A stretch of DNA of 64,000 bases, taken from assembly GCA_038496445.1 (NCBI GenBank), contig JALMLS010000322.1:620001-684000 (forward strand). Reading direction: 5' to 3'. The translations under genes were made by a program, and so were the position numbers. Below are positions 39,118-52,100 of this stretch, in pieces. The stretch is from Trichosphaerium sp. ATCC 40318. Lineage: Eukaryota; Protista; Tubulinea. Position 1 is the stretch's first letter; every line of letters begins with the position of its first letter. Under the pieces are notes generated by a model. It had not been told where the DNA came from. It saw only the letters and a list, made by a program, of their open reading frames with translations, and ran no database searches.

Positions 39118-40182
39118 GACAATAAAAAAAAAGACAAAGACAAAATGTATTAAAAGTGTAAATAAAAATAAAACGGTTTGAAACCTGTATAAGTAGCTTA
39201 TTTCATCCCACACGCCAATATTTATCATCAACACGAAAGTGAGTTGCTCATAGTGGCGCAGAGTTGGATTGTTCACCGCTCTAGATGAATGGCACATATC
39301 TTATCCTGGAACTGCAGTGATTCATAATTAGTGCCATCACAACATTTATGAGTATGTAGACTACCATGTGTTATTAACTACCCACATGATTGCTCTTTGC
39401 TTGCTCTATTTGTCACATAGATGGATCCTTCTTTATCAAAGAATAGTTGTAGGTATTGTTGATTGGACTGAAATGAAGGATTGGTGTAGAGTCGTATGTG
39501 ACACGAGGTTAAAATACTAGGAAAATACAAATTTTAGGGTTCGCATGAAGATGAAGATGTTGAGGGTTGTATATGCTCTGTTGTTTTCGGTTCCAGTGAT
39601 GATGATCGGTAAAAACTAGCGACAAACTTGTACTGTTGTCATGATATTACACCACATAAGGAGTATGTTATCGTTGTGACCAACAGTTAATCGTACAGTC
39701 ATAAAAGCAATAAAGAGTAAAAAGGAGTTTACCCGTTCCAAAAGAATTTGTGATGTCATTTTGGTTCATCACTGTGAGCACCTTTGTCAACTTGTTAAAT
39801 TTTAAATGCACCTGCCAGCACCCGTCACAAACAATGTGAGGTATGGAAATGGTTTACATTATGAGTAATGACAACAGCAGAAATAATGGGATAATCTAAG
39901 TCGACTCTCTAAAGGATTTGACTTAAGGTTACTTCCGATTTGTAGCCCGCGTGACTTTCTACTCTACCCTCATGTAAAGTACTCTATAAGGATACGCTAA
40001 TGGATGGCTTGCATAGTTGCATGGCTATCCAACGTTCACAAACCATCCAAAAAGTTTGATTTAGGCAAACAAGTAATAGAGTTATTTCAACTCAACTCTA
40101 AACATTGCGAATCTAGACCAAACATAACAAGTTTCAAGAAGTAAGTCTATATTTAGATAGATAAAGGAGCACTATTACAAAC

Positions 40183-42257
40183 TTATCCTTCAAATACAGC
40201 GAGTTCGTACATGGCGCCAACACCGAGTTTGACGAATTCGTGAGCCCAAGACCATGCTGTGGAAGCAAAAAGTAAGAAATAATGAACAGTATAACTGACA
40301 ACGAAAATTGACGTACTGAGTTTATCGACAGTATCGCGGGCAGTGTGAATGTTAGGGTTAGAGCTTCGGAAAGGTGCTTCAAATGTGAATACAGCTGGGA
40401 ATCCATTCTAGGACAATTAATGTTACGATAAATTACAAGAAAAAAAGGGTACGTTGTGGAAACTAGCGTGGTCAGAGCAACCGTATCCGCATGTTGAATC
40501 TAGTCGTGGAGCATCACAGTAAGCGTCAATCATCTCTCTCATGAATTGGGTGAGTGTAGGAGAAGTGTAATCAGTGATAGGGCTCATGAAAGCTAAAAAG
40601 AATGATGAGATACAAACAGGATCTAAAAAAAAAGCAACGACAAGTTGCCGTTTATGCATTAACACGACCATAGCGCTACGTACCATCATTTGGAGCTCTG
40701 TATCCTGTCATATCAAATTGAAGCATAGCATATACATTAACCATCCTAGCTTTATAATCGGCAGCAATAGCTAAAAGTAAAGTCAGTTTGAGCGGTGAAG
40801 TGAATTATTTTCACAACGTACCTCCAGATCCACGAAGACCTACTTCTTCAGCAGCATAAGTCTGGAACTCAAGAGTTCTTCTATTTGAGCTTCCAGTAGC
40901 AACATTCTCAACAAAGATACGGAATACCTAACGTCACCATTATTCGGTCATTGATTCAATAAAAAAAAACCCAACTAAAAAGTCAACTCACCTCCATTAC
41001 TGTTGCTGAACCAGTACCATCATCAGCACCAGGCGCGGTATTTCCAAATGCCTATGAATAAAACTTAGGTTTACTAGCTATTATATCTTGACGTACAGTG
41101 CTGTCTTCATGACCACCAATGATAACGTGTTCACCAGCCAAATTACCTTTTCCGGCGATTGTAGCAATAACAGATGGCTGAACACCAAAAGAGTGCTCGA
41201 ATAATCTTACCTTCAAGAAAATTAACAAGAAAAAGATACTCAACAGAAATATCAAAACTGAGTTGTTCTACTCTTCTAAGTTTACTGTTTACTTTCTTTT
41301 TTACGAAAACACGTGACAACCCTTTTGTTTTAAAACCTCCTGCTGTGGTTGGTGGTATTTTTTTTACGGAGAAACTCTCCGCTAGCAACGAAGTGCAGCT
41401 GAAGTGCTTACTGATTTTTGACAAAGAACACGTTTTTAGTACAACAAAATGCGTACGTCAATATCAGAGTTTCCACCAGCGATCCTTTTCATCTCCTCAA
41501 ATATCCATAAAGCAGATTCTCTACCACTTTGGGTGTTGTACTTCCTACACAGAGTCAGCCGCACATACAAAAGAAAATAAAGATACAAAGTCGTCCTACG
41601 CATTTACACCACGAAAATTAACGAAGACGCTTCACATCACGTGATTATATCGATAAAAAAAAAAACCCAAAAAATACTAAGTAGAAAAAAGATGTTCGTG
41701 GTACTGTACCTGTTAGGGAACGCAGTAGAAAGATGTGTCACAATATCCTCGACATTTTTAATATCAATTTTAGATATGAGGTTTTCAACCTCTTCCTTGT
41801 TGAGAGGACCGGAAGGGAAGTCTGCAAAGTCTAAGGGAAAAAAAATTAGAAAAATAAATGTTGGATGAGCTAAAACTTCAACTATCGTAACACGGTCACT
41901 ATGTAGTGAACAGAGGTAGATACATATACGTACTAACTGATTGAGGTGGGTTATCCAAAGAAAAATCAGGGTAGTCAGTAATATCAACGAAGAAAGTGTT
42001 GTTCCATCTAAGACGGTCAATTGTTGAAGGTTTAAGCCTATTTCGAAATCAGTTTCAGAAATTTACGGTGACTTTTTTTGGTTTGTTACAACTTGTTTTA
42101 CAATATATAAAGCAGCGTCTTCAGGTATCTTCAGTGCGTACCATCTACGATCAGTATCAGAGAAGGCAATTAAACGCTTTGGCTCTCTAACAGGTTCTAG
42201 AGTTGAGATTGCAGCGACGATAGCAATTAAAGCAATCAATAATACAGCCAATTTCAT
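40183..42257 (-). CDS. Secreted M28 leucyl aminopeptidase (Vibrio LAP/Lap1 type)
   Basis: Signal peptide; VIIGGHEDS, APGADDGTGS, YAAEEVGLRGS, QFDMTGY, CGYGCSDHASF, NPNIHT. Confidence 0.95.
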
Positions 42258-42487
42258 TTTCGGAAGAGTTGTACTATTACGGTTTGTTCCAAAAAAAGAT
42301 TAAAGTCTAAATCGGTCTATAAAAGTAAACGCCCTGAAATTTGTACTGAACACCAACGTTTTAGCTAGTAGCTGTAGTACGTAAATGCATGTTTAGTGTA
42401 TCATTCAAGGTTATTTTTGATACCACACATGTGACAGTGTGCTCGGATCAAAAAAGAAAGTAGAACATAGTTTTTTTAATACATTTT

Positions 42488-45400
42488 TTACATCAATTGG
42501 AGCTTATGAGCTTTTGATTGTCGCAGTGTTTGTGCCTGCATATTGTTAACATTATATTCACCTGATAGCTCCATATTATATACTACACAACTACGTGGCT
42601 TAGTCGTATCTTCCCAACAACTGATACTCTTCTCCTAAACAAAGCAATAAGAATCAGCCCTGATAGGCAATGAACAAGAAGTTGTTGCCTTCATTTTTTC
42701 TTTACCTTCCACTTGGCAAGTAGTTCAGGAGGAACACTTTTACGTGCAGTCAATGAAGCTTTTAGTATTGAACCTGTTCGTTTTTTACCAAGCATAGACA
42801 CTAAGTCACTAGAGCTTGAATTTCGAGGCTTTGTAGCAATACTACTCAGCGACCTCGTAGACTGCTCTTCATTATCTTCAGTAACCTCATCTGTACAAAA
42901 TAACACGTGAGTCACGTTAAAAATTGAAAAAAATTAAAAGATAACCTCTTGTTTTACGCTCCTGCAACCACTGCAAAGCGTTATGCTCCATTGTTTCAAT
43001 ACAAACACTAAGTTTAGGAAGAATACAATACATAGCTTTAAAAAACGGTAAACTGAGCCGTGCTATGAACGCTATTTGCTCTCGAGAGATATCAAAAGAA
43101 CCCTTTATCAAGGGATCTAACTCTCTTGCTCTTTCCAAATCACTCTATAATCCACATTAGTACACTGACTCAAAGCCAACTTAAAAATCAAAACAAATCA
43201 AAGAAAAGTGAATCTTACCTGTAAATAAAATTCTTGTGCAATCTTTTTAGCCCAGCGTGCTGATATCTTAGAATTATACATTTCATTAGATAAATCAGCA
43301 GAGCATATTAATCCCATAAGGTATATTGTAATATCTTCTTGTGACAACAATCCAGGATCCTGCAGGGATACAGCTTTCTAAAAAAAAAATAAGCCAAACG
43401 CATTCAAAAAAGAACTCCTTTGCACATTCCCAAGAACCCACAAATTTATACAGAACTCTTGATGAATATAATTACATTTGAAAATTTATACATACTCCTA
43501 ATACTGAGGCCTTCTTCTGCAACTCTGCCATTAAGTTTTTATGATACTTTAAATCCTGTAGGTGAAAATAATGAGAAACAAAAAACTGTACAAAACAACC
43601 ATGTACCGTAGCTAGAATACATCTCTCAAGGATTCTATAAAATTCAAGTCTGTTATCAGACGTTAAACCCTTTAATAGCTTCAATTCACGAATAACTCGC
43701 TTGCTCTAAAAACAAGAAATCGTAAGCACCAGCAATGTTTCACGAGCCCAGATTTTTGATAAGTCCGCTCCTCTATCCTGTAGACAAAGCTAATGAACGC
43801 ACCTCATAAAAATGATGGTTTTCAAGGGGTGATACTCCGTTATAAAGCTTGAACAACGTAGTTTGTGCTTTTTTTTGAAATCCATTGTTTAATCCAGGGT
43901 GATCAACATCTAACAACGCGTAAGACAACCACAAACAACCGTTAACGTTAAAAATTCGTTTTTCCTTTTTCAAGCACATAACTCTCTTTAATTTGCAATT
44001 AAATCCATAATAACGTACCGTGACATAGTGTAGCTACCATTAAAGCAAAAATTTGTAAACTTGATAGAATACTATCAGCGTTACAATTTACCAAAAAATA
44101 AAACACGCTACGAACAGCCTGTGTAGCGTGGTAAATATTGTGATATACAACATCACGATATAGCATGCTTATATTAGTAATAAACCTAAACTAAGCGTTA
44201 GTACTCGTTATTCTTCTCTATTTACATCGTCACGCGTAAACAATAACGTCAGTAGCATTGAAAAACGATTTTAAAACAAAAAGAGGTAAAAATGCGTTTA
44301 TTTTCTGAATTCTTCAAAACATTAGCGCCCAACGGGTTTTAGACGCCGCAATCAGACGCAAAAATACTCTGGAGCGTACCTGAATAGAGTTGTATCTTTA
44401 ATACCCAAGCTATAAGGCTTATAATAGTCAAACATTGCAAATAGCAATGTACAGCCCTCTACTTCAGCGTCATAGTCAAATATATCAAATTTTTTCGAAA
44501 GTAGTGCACTACACGCGTAAAGTTAGTTTTTTTGGTTATGCGTTAAGAATATATTGTCAAATTGCTTGGCGTTGTTTGTCAGCAATCCAAAGTTGTTTGA
44601 GTGCGTATAGCGTTGGCATTGATTGCGAAAAGCATTTTTAGGTTTAGTAAGTGCACTGATAGCTTGTAAATAAGCTAGGCACGCAATGATAGCAATGTCT
44701 TATCGCTTTCAGTGTAATTGTCCGCAAAAAGTGGAACCAAATTAAGAAACATCATCACGGCGCTTGGTCACGCTTTGTAATATAGTTTTGTTGCGAACCT
44801 CAGTAATTGCGAAGATTTTCTACGAGCTGGTGAACTAAGCTTCATTTCAACCTTTCCTTTCTTCTTTGGTGCTAATGCCTGTTCGTAGTAAGGTATTTGT
44901 CTCTTTTTCCGTTATTATACGCAACGCACGGGATCAGTGCTGGCTAAACGCTCAGAAATCTTCTTGTATTGTAGACTCACTGACCTACATACACGAGTTT
45001 CTCCTAAAAAATTGTTATTGTTAACTAAATTCTCCATTATTTGCCTCTATTTCGTTTCTCAGTCATCTATAAATGCGCCCTAGTGGGCAACTAAAAGTAC
45101 GGCCTTTCTAGAATGCTTTTGACTTGTTTCGTTATTTTGGTGGCCTGATGCCGGTTCGTGAATTAAATGTTACGCCCAAAGTCCAAAATATAACTGAAAC
45201 TCCTAGAATTGCAGATTTCCTAACGCGTAAACCAAGCGTCTTTTTTGTTGAGTAGACGGTAAAAAACACAAGATTGAAACTAGTACGACACGCCAAGGCG
45301 ATTAATGGCGTCAAAAGTATTACTTGTGCAATTCTTTTTATTTTTTCCGTTTAGAGTGACTATAGTTACAAGCGTTGTCCACCACGCGTTTTTTAAAACG

Positions 45401-46631
45401 CAAGGACGTGTTGCCACTATATGTGGCGTGATTCTTAACAAAATATTCTTGCTCCTTTCTTTCTTCTGTAATGTATGTGTAATGCACATACAATTGTTGG
45501 AATAGTTACCTAAACGCGTAAGAAAGATGAAATACAGTAACAATCAAAACAAAGCGAAAAATCTCATAGAGAATTCATCTTTTTTTGTTGTTGTTGTTTG
45601 ATGATGACATACTACTATAACCCCACATATAATACCTATCACCCATATAGGAAAGGGGCATTTCTCTAGATAATGTGGTGAGATAAAAAGTGGACAAAAA
45701 GCACAAAATCTCGTGTAACAATTCTGCTTATCGTGTTTTATATCGCTAACAGCCAAACACTATTGTTGACGCGTGCCTAGGATACTACGTACTGTTAATG
45801 ACCAGATCAAACTCGTTTCCAGAGGATGAAGAAGTGAGCTGGAAGCTCGAAGATGTGTAACTGCACTTGTCATCTACATCTTCTATCACTCCTGCCAGAA
45901 CTGTTTCTTTGGGCGGCTAGAAAGATACGTCAAACAAAGGAAGTACTGAGTGCTACAGCGTAACACAAAGGAACAAACGCGTTGCGATTACTTTAAAAAA
46001 AATTGCAGCTTTAGATAACGTACCGTTCCTGCATCGATAACTTTAGCAAACGCGAACTGAACGCGATCGTTACCGTCATACTTATCAGTTACAACAACAA
46101 AAATCTGACGAGATGGCACAGTTTCGTCAAAAAACAGTAGCCTCCCGTTAATTATAAGGCGTTGGTTCGTCTGTGATTTTTAAGCTTTGCAGGTAGAACA
46201 AAGAAAAAACGTACGCGTAATTTTATTGCATCACTGAGAAGTACTGTGTCAGAGCCGAAAACAACGTCTCCAGGCAATCCAGAAATGTCCAGTACAGGAA
46301 GTAGAACCACTGCGCCTGAAATAAATCGCTTACATTAGTCTTTCAAGTATCATAGCGCGTATAAAAAGCGCTACTAGGAGGCCTACCATTGAATTGGTAC
46401 TGAAGCCTGCCAAATGACTCAGTGCAGTTGTATTCTTCAGGCCTTGCATCAGGAAACGGTACTACACAATTATTGGTGCTGTTTGTCTCTAGAAATAAAA
46501 ATTAAATCCAAAAGCGCATTGCGTTGCTTGTTATAAGCGTTGATAATGATATATACGGATATCGGAGACGTACGAGCGTAACACAGTGTGATACATACAG
46601 AAAGCAGTAATAACGCACAAATGTACGGCAT
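42488..46631 (-). CDS. Class I cyclic nucleotide phosphodiesterase, probably single-pass with an extracellular N-terminal domain
   Basis: Catalytic motifs [45 protein letters not shown] (about 42900-44500). Upstream on the same strand: signal peptide, ectodomain exons, TM and RRKK. Linkage through 44500-45300 is not fully resolved. Confidence 0.75.
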
Positions 46632-47231
46632 GTTCGTTGTGTGAATGCAGTAAAGCACAGTAACAAGTCCAAAGTCGGGTTATTTTTGAATATTTGGTAA
46701 GTCGCAGTTGCCTATATTACCAAACTAAGAATTACACACCCATAAAGAACAATATCCCACACTGTGATAGCACAAGGCAACTATGAAGTTCTTTAATTTA
46801 GCTGAAATCTTAACATACAGTTTCAAACGTACTTCTCTAATCTCCACGACATACGATGACGCGAGAACACGTGTTGAGTATTAGTAACGAAAAACAAAAA
46901 ATAGCCACAAATTTGATCAAACATCGATACTGGTGGTTAAAATGAGCCAGGAGATAAAGCAAGAAAATAATCAAAGTGTTAGAGGTGACGCCATGCTTAT
47001 TTAGTGTATTCTTCCGAAAATACGTATTATAGTGCACAAACCTGATTACCGGTGACTCCCTAACGCGACCACAGCAATCTCGTTGTAAAAACGGAACGAG
47101 GTTTACCTGTGATCATTTCGGTGATGTACTACTAGCCGACGTAATCAGTCACATATACAATTGACTTTTTTGAACGAAAAAAATACAAGCGAGGCAGCAC
47201 AACACCATAAACAAATTTTTTCTAAAATACA

Positions 47232-48724
47232 ATGCCTAAGTGTCCAAAGTGTAAGCATAAGAACCCAGATAACTACAACTACTGCTCTCAATGTGGCGCC
47301 AAGAATGAGACTACAAGGAGCTCCTGTACTTACCACTTTGTTGTAATGGGTAGCGGTGGTGTAGGTAAATCAGCTATAACTATACGTACGTCCGCGGAGC
47401 ATCTTACAAGAACAAAAAAAAACAAAGAAAGAAAAAAAAACGTGCTTACTGGCTCTTCTTGAAAACAAAAAATTTAAACAAACGAACGTGTTGTTAGCTA
47501 ATATTTAACTACTAGAATTTGTAAACAAGCAATTTGAACCAAAGGTACGTTTTAAAATAAATTTTTTTGAGTTTTAATTTCGTTGTTTGTTAATCCGTCT
47601 CTAACTCCTTTTTTCTTTAGTACGATCCAACGATAGGTATGATTATAGAATAAAAATCCTAAATTTTAAAAATACCCTCCTCTTACACTGTGGATAGAGG
47701 ATCGTTACCAAAAGGTTATAAACTATAAAACAGTACCATGTGTTCTCGAAATATTGGATACAGCCGGACAGGTATGCCGCTAGAATCCTGTTTTCTTCTT
47801 TTCTTGAACTTTTTTTTTTTTGGCGTCTTAGTAGTACTGGTTGTAATCGCATCTTAACCAATGCGTAGGAAACGTTTAGTGCTATGCGAGAGTTATACAT
47901 GAAGAACGGAGAGGTACGGGGTCTAATCATTTTTGTCGACTTTGTAAAACAATACTCCGTTGGCAGTACGAGCGGTTCTAACGCGGTTTCTACCCTTAGG
48001 GCTTCGTACTAGTATACAGTATAACCAGCTTGAGAAGTTTTGAGGATCTAGATGTCATCAGACAAGGCATTATACGCCATAAGAATAAGTCTAACGTGAG
48101 TAGTGCCTACTTTTTTGATTTTAAGTTTTGTTTTTGTGTTTTTTTTGCTGTCTCGTTCTGACGTCGTTAACGCCTGTTAATAAAGGTACCTATGGTTCTG
48201 GTCGGTAATAAGAGCGATTTAGAGCGAAAACGTGAGGTCGACATGAACAGAGGTTCGTTCAAGTTTTTTTTGATTCCCTTTCTTTTAAGGTCATCTGGGA
48301 TGCCTTTATGCGTTTTTTGTAGTTTTTTTTCAAAAACGAGCCGAGGTTACTCGATTAAATTCTTAAGTTCACACGTGAAATTTACACTATTAGTATCGCT
48401 ATATTGTATAATCTAAACGTTATATACATTATATACATACTAAAATAATTATTTAAACGTGTTATGATGAACGTGATGAACGGTTTTATTTTCGGTTTAT
48501 TTTTACCCTTTTTTATGAATATTTCTTCTGACTTTTTTTTTTTATCAGGCAAGGACCTTGCAAAGTCATACGGATGTCCTTTCGTAGAAACATCAGCAAA
48601 GAGGAACCAAAATATTGATAAACTCTTTTTCTCCCTCATAGATCAAATATGGGAAGGCGCAGGTGGTCCTCCTTTCTCTAACAAGAAAGGAAAAGGTAGG
48701 AAGAAAGATTGCCAAATTCTTTAA
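47232..48724 (+). CDS. Ras/Rap-family GTPase with N-terminal zinc ribbon
   Basis: MPKCPKC...CSQCG, then GSGGVGKS, YDPTIED, DTAGQE, NKSD, ETSAK, polybasic tail and CQIL. Confidence 0.95.
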
Positions 48725-49155
48725 AAGGAGGATTTGCGCAAGTTCTTTAAACAAAATCCAACACAACCCCCCTCTTCCCTCCTACCTACCTCCACTTCAA
48801 TAAAATGCGCTGTCAACTGGATAAATGACATAAAAAAAATCTCCCAAACCAAATTGTAATATAGACTTTAAAAAAAACCCACGTGATATCAGTTGTATAC
48901 AAAATAATTCACTAGAACTTTTTGATTTCGTCTGATTTTTTTGTAAATTGAAGCAAAAAAACAAACCCTTCGATTTAAACCTTCCAGCGTTAAACAACGC
49001 CCCGGCTATTTGTGGATTTGTAAGGTTCGATAAGTGGTGTATAGCGTGTAGTACTACCTTGCTATTTGTTTTGGTGTATCTAAATGTGCACCGCTTTGCT
49101 CCTTAGTCACTTAGAAACGATTTAAAAAAGTCTTACCTCGTGCTTACTGCGGCAG

Positions 49156-52100
49156 ATGCAGAACGCTCACGTAAGGTAGTATAAGCGTATTTAACACTAC
49201 ATTTGCTTACTATAGGGGTTTCTTAGGGTGGTATGCCGCTTCCGCCCCGTGAACGCAAGGGAACGAAAAGAAGGAGCGAAATTCAATCCTAAACTTCCGC
49301 ATGTTACTTATGAAGGTGGTAATACATTAGCGTTGCGTGTGCGTTTCTCAAAATTTAGCTAACTCTTCTTCTTTCCATTGTTAACAAAAGTGTCTAGAAT
49401 AATAGTACAACATCATCTAAGCAGCAATTACGTACATATGCGTTTGATAAAGTGTTTTGGGACACAGAAACAACTCAGGTACATGAATTATTTTATGGAA
49501 TTCAAACACAGCTTCCGGGAGTTCTCACAGTCTTAGGTTGATGTATATGAAGGCTCTGCTCGGTTTGTAGTGGAGTACGTTCTTATTTTTATTTTACAAT
49601 CAACGCTGTAGTATTTCAACGTTTTGTATTCTCCGTATACGTGCACGCACATACGGGCGATTTCGGAATTTTATTTTGGATGAGTTGAAGACAACCCTTT
49701 TTTTCTTTTGTGTGATATTGTTTTGTATCCCGTCATACCATTCAATACACTCTTGATACCCTTTTAATATTATTTAGGGATGTATTAAGAGGATACAATG
49801 GAACAATTTTCGCTTATGGTGCGATATAAACTATGTTTTTTGAGTTTCAACTAATTCTCTTTTTTATTAGGTACTGTTTTGAACTTTAATTATTTTTGAC
49901 TGCAATCACGTGTGCAGGACGCATTGGTTAACCAAAATAAAAGGACAAACTGGTGCTGGTACGTAATCAATATTTCTAATGAAAAAAAAACAACTTGAGA
50001 AAGAGAAAATCAAAACCACGTGATAATCACGTTTTTGCTCACGTGGACCTAAAAAAAAATACGTTTAGGTAAGACATGGACTATGTTCGGACCAAGTATT
50101 AAAGATGAGGATATGATGGGTATCATTCCAAGAGCGTGTTGGGATATATTTGATCACATCGCAAATGATGAGAGTGGCACTCAGTATACTATAAAGTGCT
50201 CTTTCTTAGAGATCTATAAGGTAAAACAGCTAAAAAAAGTTGGTTAGATAGATCTTTTTTTTTTGACCTTACATACTCACTACCTTGATTTATTTTATTT
50301 TTTACGAGTACCCTAGTGTTTGTATTGTATGTTCGAGTGGTTAACTATTTTATGTAGGAAGTTATACGCGATTTATTAGATCAAAAGAAACTAAACTTAA
50401 AAATACGCGATTCGCCCGAACATGGTGTTTGGGTTCAGGACTTGACTGAAGAAGTGCGTCAAATTAAAAAATAGACTATCTACATGTACTGACCAGGATA
50501 TTATCAGTTTGTGTCAACGCCTGATGATGTATTCTATTTGCTTAAAAGTGGAGAGAAAAACAGACAAACTGCGAAGACTAAAATGAACAATAGCAGTTCA
50601 AGAAGTCACAGGTAATCTAGTTGGTAATAACTGGTTTCTGTTTACTGTTTTTTAGTTTATTTATTATTACAATAACCCAAAAAACTTCTGATGGTACTAC
50701 AACTACCGGAAGGCTTAATCTAGCTGATTTGGCTGGTTCTGAGAAAGTCAATAAAACCGGAGCTGAAGGCGAAACACTTGAAGAGGTGTTTTTTTTTTTT
50801 TTTTGTCGCTGCAAAGATGAAGGCGAAATCTTCTTACATTGTTTTGTTTAGGCAAAGAAAATTAATCAATCTCTTGCTGCTTTAGGTAATTGTATAAATG
50901 CCTTATCTAGTGCTTCTGTACGTTTAAAGAAGAATTTTCTATTCGCTTGTTCTGTGAGCTATAAACAAAACCCACGTGACTTTTAAAACAATTTTTAGTT
51001 TTTAACCGCTTACTTCCTTAACTAATCCCATTGTTATTTAGAAAAAAGGAAACGCCAAAGATCATGTACCATATCGAGAATCAAAACTTACTCATGTCCT
51101 GAAGGTAGCACACGGTTTTTTTGCTCACCCTCTTTTTTTTTTTTGAAAGATAAACAATTTAAAGTATACTCACTCTTGGTGATAGGAGTCACTTGGCGGT
51201 AACAGTAAAACAACTCGTATCTTTCCCGTGTGTTAGTTTAGTTAACTTCATTTTCATCACGTTTTTAAAGAGAACTTGGTCTTATGAGCTCTCATTGACA
51301 TAAGACTTTGTTTGATATTTTTTACGTTTATTTTGTTGCCCTTAACAATCTTGGTATTGATTAACTGCTCTAAACATCAATGGAATATGGAAGAAACAAT
51401 CAGTACATTAAACTTTGGTAAACGTGCGAAGTTTGTAAAGAATCAAGTGAGAGTAAACATGGAAAGAAGTGTAAAAGAACTCAATGCAATCATAAACAAA
51501 TTGACAAGAGTAAGTTCATATAAAAGAGTTGGTAGTACGCCTTTCTTACAACTTTTATTAAGGACTACAGAGCTTTAAAGAGATACGCAAACCGCCTCGA
51601 AAGAGACCTGTTGGCATTGAACCCAGGATATGACGTTGCCAAGGCAAAGAAAGAGGTAACAGACGACCATAAGGATTGAATTTACTTACCTGTCTTTCAG
51701 ACACAAGGTGTTGCTAGACGTCCGAAAGGACACGCTAGAGCTGCTAGCTTGGTAAGAATAAGATAGTATTGGTGTTGATACTAAGAGCGAACTAGGGTGG
51801 TAACAGAACGCCTAAGAAGCAAATGATCCCAAAGAGAAATGCTCACACGCCAAACCCTAAATCATCTCAACCTCCAAAGCAAACAAATGTACGCCCTCAA
51901 TAGAACTTTATCTTCCTTTCAGCAACCCTTTTAAGCTTTAATTTTAGGGAGGTGCAAAGAAGAAGGCTATGAAACGGAGAGCTTCAGTCAGTAATACCGC
52001 TCCAGCCAAACATTCTGAAACGAATGGCAATGGTGTACCTGATGAGGACTATAATCCAATGGAACTAGCTGAGACTAAACTGGCTCTTGAGAAGCTTACT

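Noticed and set aside
49000-49075. GGTTCGA T-loop-like motif
   Set aside because: No cloverleaf or acceptor stem can be built.
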